The notes under the pieces were generated by a model, which did not search any database, was not told where the DNA came from, and saw only the letters and a program-made list of their open reading frames with translations. From Candidatus Wukongarchaeum yapensis (GTDB lineage Archaea; Asgardarchaeota; Wukongarchaeia; Wukongarchaeales; Wukongarchaeaceae): a DNA stretch of 6,900 bases. The translations under genes were made by a program, and so were the position numbers. The stretch covers positions 1-6,900 of the forward strand of contig JAEOSI010000123.1 of NCBI GenBank assembly GCA_016840425.1, read 5' to 3'. Position 1 is the first letter of the stretch. Every line of letters begins with the position of its first letter. Below, piece by piece: positions 5,391-6,900 of the stretch.

Positions 5391-6824
5391 TTATTCTTTC
5401 TCTAATTGAGGCACAATAGGTTCAGTACGATACGAAGGATGCCACTTCTGAATAGTATCCGGCTTACACCGCTTCAACTCACGCTCAGGCAAAATAGACA
5501 ACAAATCCCACATAGTAGTCAAAGTATCCTCAATCGCTCTATCTTCATTTCCTTGATTAATCATCTTCTGCTCAAAACCATCAGCAAACTCCAAATACTT
5601 CCTATCACGCGGAGTTAAAGCCTCTTCACCGACCACCGCAACCAAGTCACGAATATTCCGACCCTCAGCATAACCAGCATAACAAGAATCAGAAACCTCA
5701 CGATGGCTTTCATGCGTATAACCCCTGCCGATAGCCTCCTTCATTAGCCGAGATAACGACGGCAACGGATCAATCGGCGGGAACAGCCCTTTACGATGGA
5801 GACCACGGTCTAAAATGATCTGTCCTTCCGTTATATAACCAGTTAAGTCCGGAACGGGGTGCGTTTTATCATCACTAGGCATCGTCAAAATAGGCATCTG
5901 CGTAATAGTCCCTTTACGCCCTATAATACGCCCCGCCCTCTCGTATATAGTAGCTAAGTCAGAATACAAATAGCCCGGATAGCCTCTTCTTCCTGGTACT
6001 TCTTCTCGGGCTGCGCTGATTTCTCGTAAAGCTTCTGCGTAGTTGGTCATATCGGTTAGGATTACTAGCATGTGGTAGTCGTGTTCGTAGGCTAGGTATT
6101 CTGCTGCTGTTAGGGCGAATCTTGGGGTGATTAGTCGTTCTACTGCTGGGTCGTCTGCTAGGTTTAGGAATAGGACTACTTTTTCTAGGGCGCCTGAGCG
6201 TTCGAAGTCGTTTCTGAAGAATCTTGCTTCTTCTGCTGTTATGCCCATGGCGCAGAATATTACTGCGAATTCTTCTTCTTCTCCGAGTACTTTTGCTTGT
6301 CGTGCTATTTGTGCTGCGCAGAGGTTGTGGGGTAGTCCGCTTCCTGAGAAGAGGGGTAGTTTTTGTCCTCTTACTAGGGTGTTCATTCCGTCGATTGTGC
6401 TTATTCCGGTTTGGATGAATTCTCGTGGGTATTGTCTGGCGTAGGGGTTTATTGGTGATCCTGTTATGTCCCAGTAGTCGTCTGGGACGATGGCGGGTCC
6501 GCCGTCTATTGGGTCTCCTTTTCCTGAGAATACTCTTCCGAGTATGTCGTTGCTTAGGGCGATTTTTATGGTTTCTCCGAGGAATCTTATGCTTGTTTTT
6601 TCGCTTACGTCTAGGCCTCTTGTGCCTTCGAATACTTGTACTACTGCCATGTTTTCTGTTATTTCTAGGACTTGTCCTGTTCGGTCTGTGCCGTCTGGTC
6701 CGGTTATTTTCACGATTTCTGCGAAGCCTACGTCCCTTGTTTTTTCGACGAAGACTAATGGGCCTTGTATGTCTGTGGCTGTGTGATATGTGCGGGTGCT
6801 TGATAGTTTGGAAGATTCTACCAT
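5391..6824 (-). CDS. atpB: A/V-type ATP synthase subunit B (non-catalytic)
   Basis: 477 aa with QTGISTIDG, the degenerate P-loop region [50 protein letters not shown] and PSLSRLM. SD GGTGA (6836-6832) lies 7 nt before the ATG. Confidence 0.98.
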   Translation of the reverse strand: MVESSKLSSTRTYHTATDIQGPLVFVEKTRDVGFAEIVKITGPDGTDRTGQVLEITENMAVVQVFEGTRGLDVSEKTSIRFLGETIKIALSNDILGRVFSGKGDPIDGGPAIVPDDYWDITGSPINPYARQYPREFIQTGISTIDGMNTLVRGQKLPLFSGSGLPHNLCAAQIARQAKVLGEEEEFAVIFCAMGITAEEARFFRNDFERSGALEKVVLFLNLADDPAVERLITPRFALTAAEYLAYEHDYHMLVILTDMTNYAEALREISAAREEVPGRRGYPGYLYSDLATIYERAGRIIGRKGTITQMPILTMPSDDKTHPVPDLTGYITEGQIILDRGLHRKGLFPPIDPLPSLSRLMKEAIGRGYTHESHREVSDSCYAGYAEGRNIRDLVAVVGEEALTPRDRKYLEFADGFEQKMINQGNEDRAIEDTLTTMWDLLSILPERELKRCKPDTIQKWHPSYRTEPIVPQLEKE

Positions 6825-6900
6825 TTGTTTTTCACCACGTAAAAATTTTCAAAAGTATGGGTTAGATTTATGATTGAAAGTTTCATGTTGTTTTTTTTTT

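Noticed and set aside
5406-6865. Plus-strand ORFs overlapping atpB (5406-5618, 6127-6444, 6224-6418, 6425-6865) and the alternative-frame minus ORF 6490-6786
   Set aside because: These are shadows of atpB. The Leu/Arg/Cys-rich ones arise because the strong T/G skew removes A and therefore stop codons from the plus strand.
6818-6886. 22-codon minus-strand ORF ([22 protein letters not shown]) overlapping the atpB start
   Set aside because: It has no SD and sits in a low-complexity A/C-rich context at the window edge. An ORF this short is expected by chance.

Overview
Archaeal core-genome window. TACK/Asgard-like is my inference from the gene content, the GGTGA/GGAGG Shine-Dalgarno sites and the BHB-type tRNA introns. 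From left to right it holds: (1) a divergent tRNA pair missing from the ORF track, namely tRNA-Glu(UUC) on the minus strand (211->60) with two non-canonical introns (D-loop 18/19 and T-loop 59/60), and tRNA-Ile2(CAU) on the plus strand (367-462) with a 37/38 intron; (2) a UPF0104/LPG-synthase-TM flippase-like membrane protein (minus); (3) a six-gene plus-strand cluster: METTL5-like N6-adenine methyltransferase, exosome cap csl4, probable DUF2067, RNA polymerase rpo11 (rpoL), an archaeal Mini-III-like RNase III protein and a DUF99 (EndoV-like) protein; (4) a convergent A/V-type ATP synthase subunit B with no atpD behind it. The most unusual signals are the double-intron tRNA-Glu and a kb-scale sawtooth in G+T versus A+C strand skew that flips sharply inside atpB near position 5980. 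The cluster with three poorly characterised genes beside exosome and RNAP subunits is the best candidate for an undescribed RNA-processing module. I saw no mobile element, CRISPR array or integrase.
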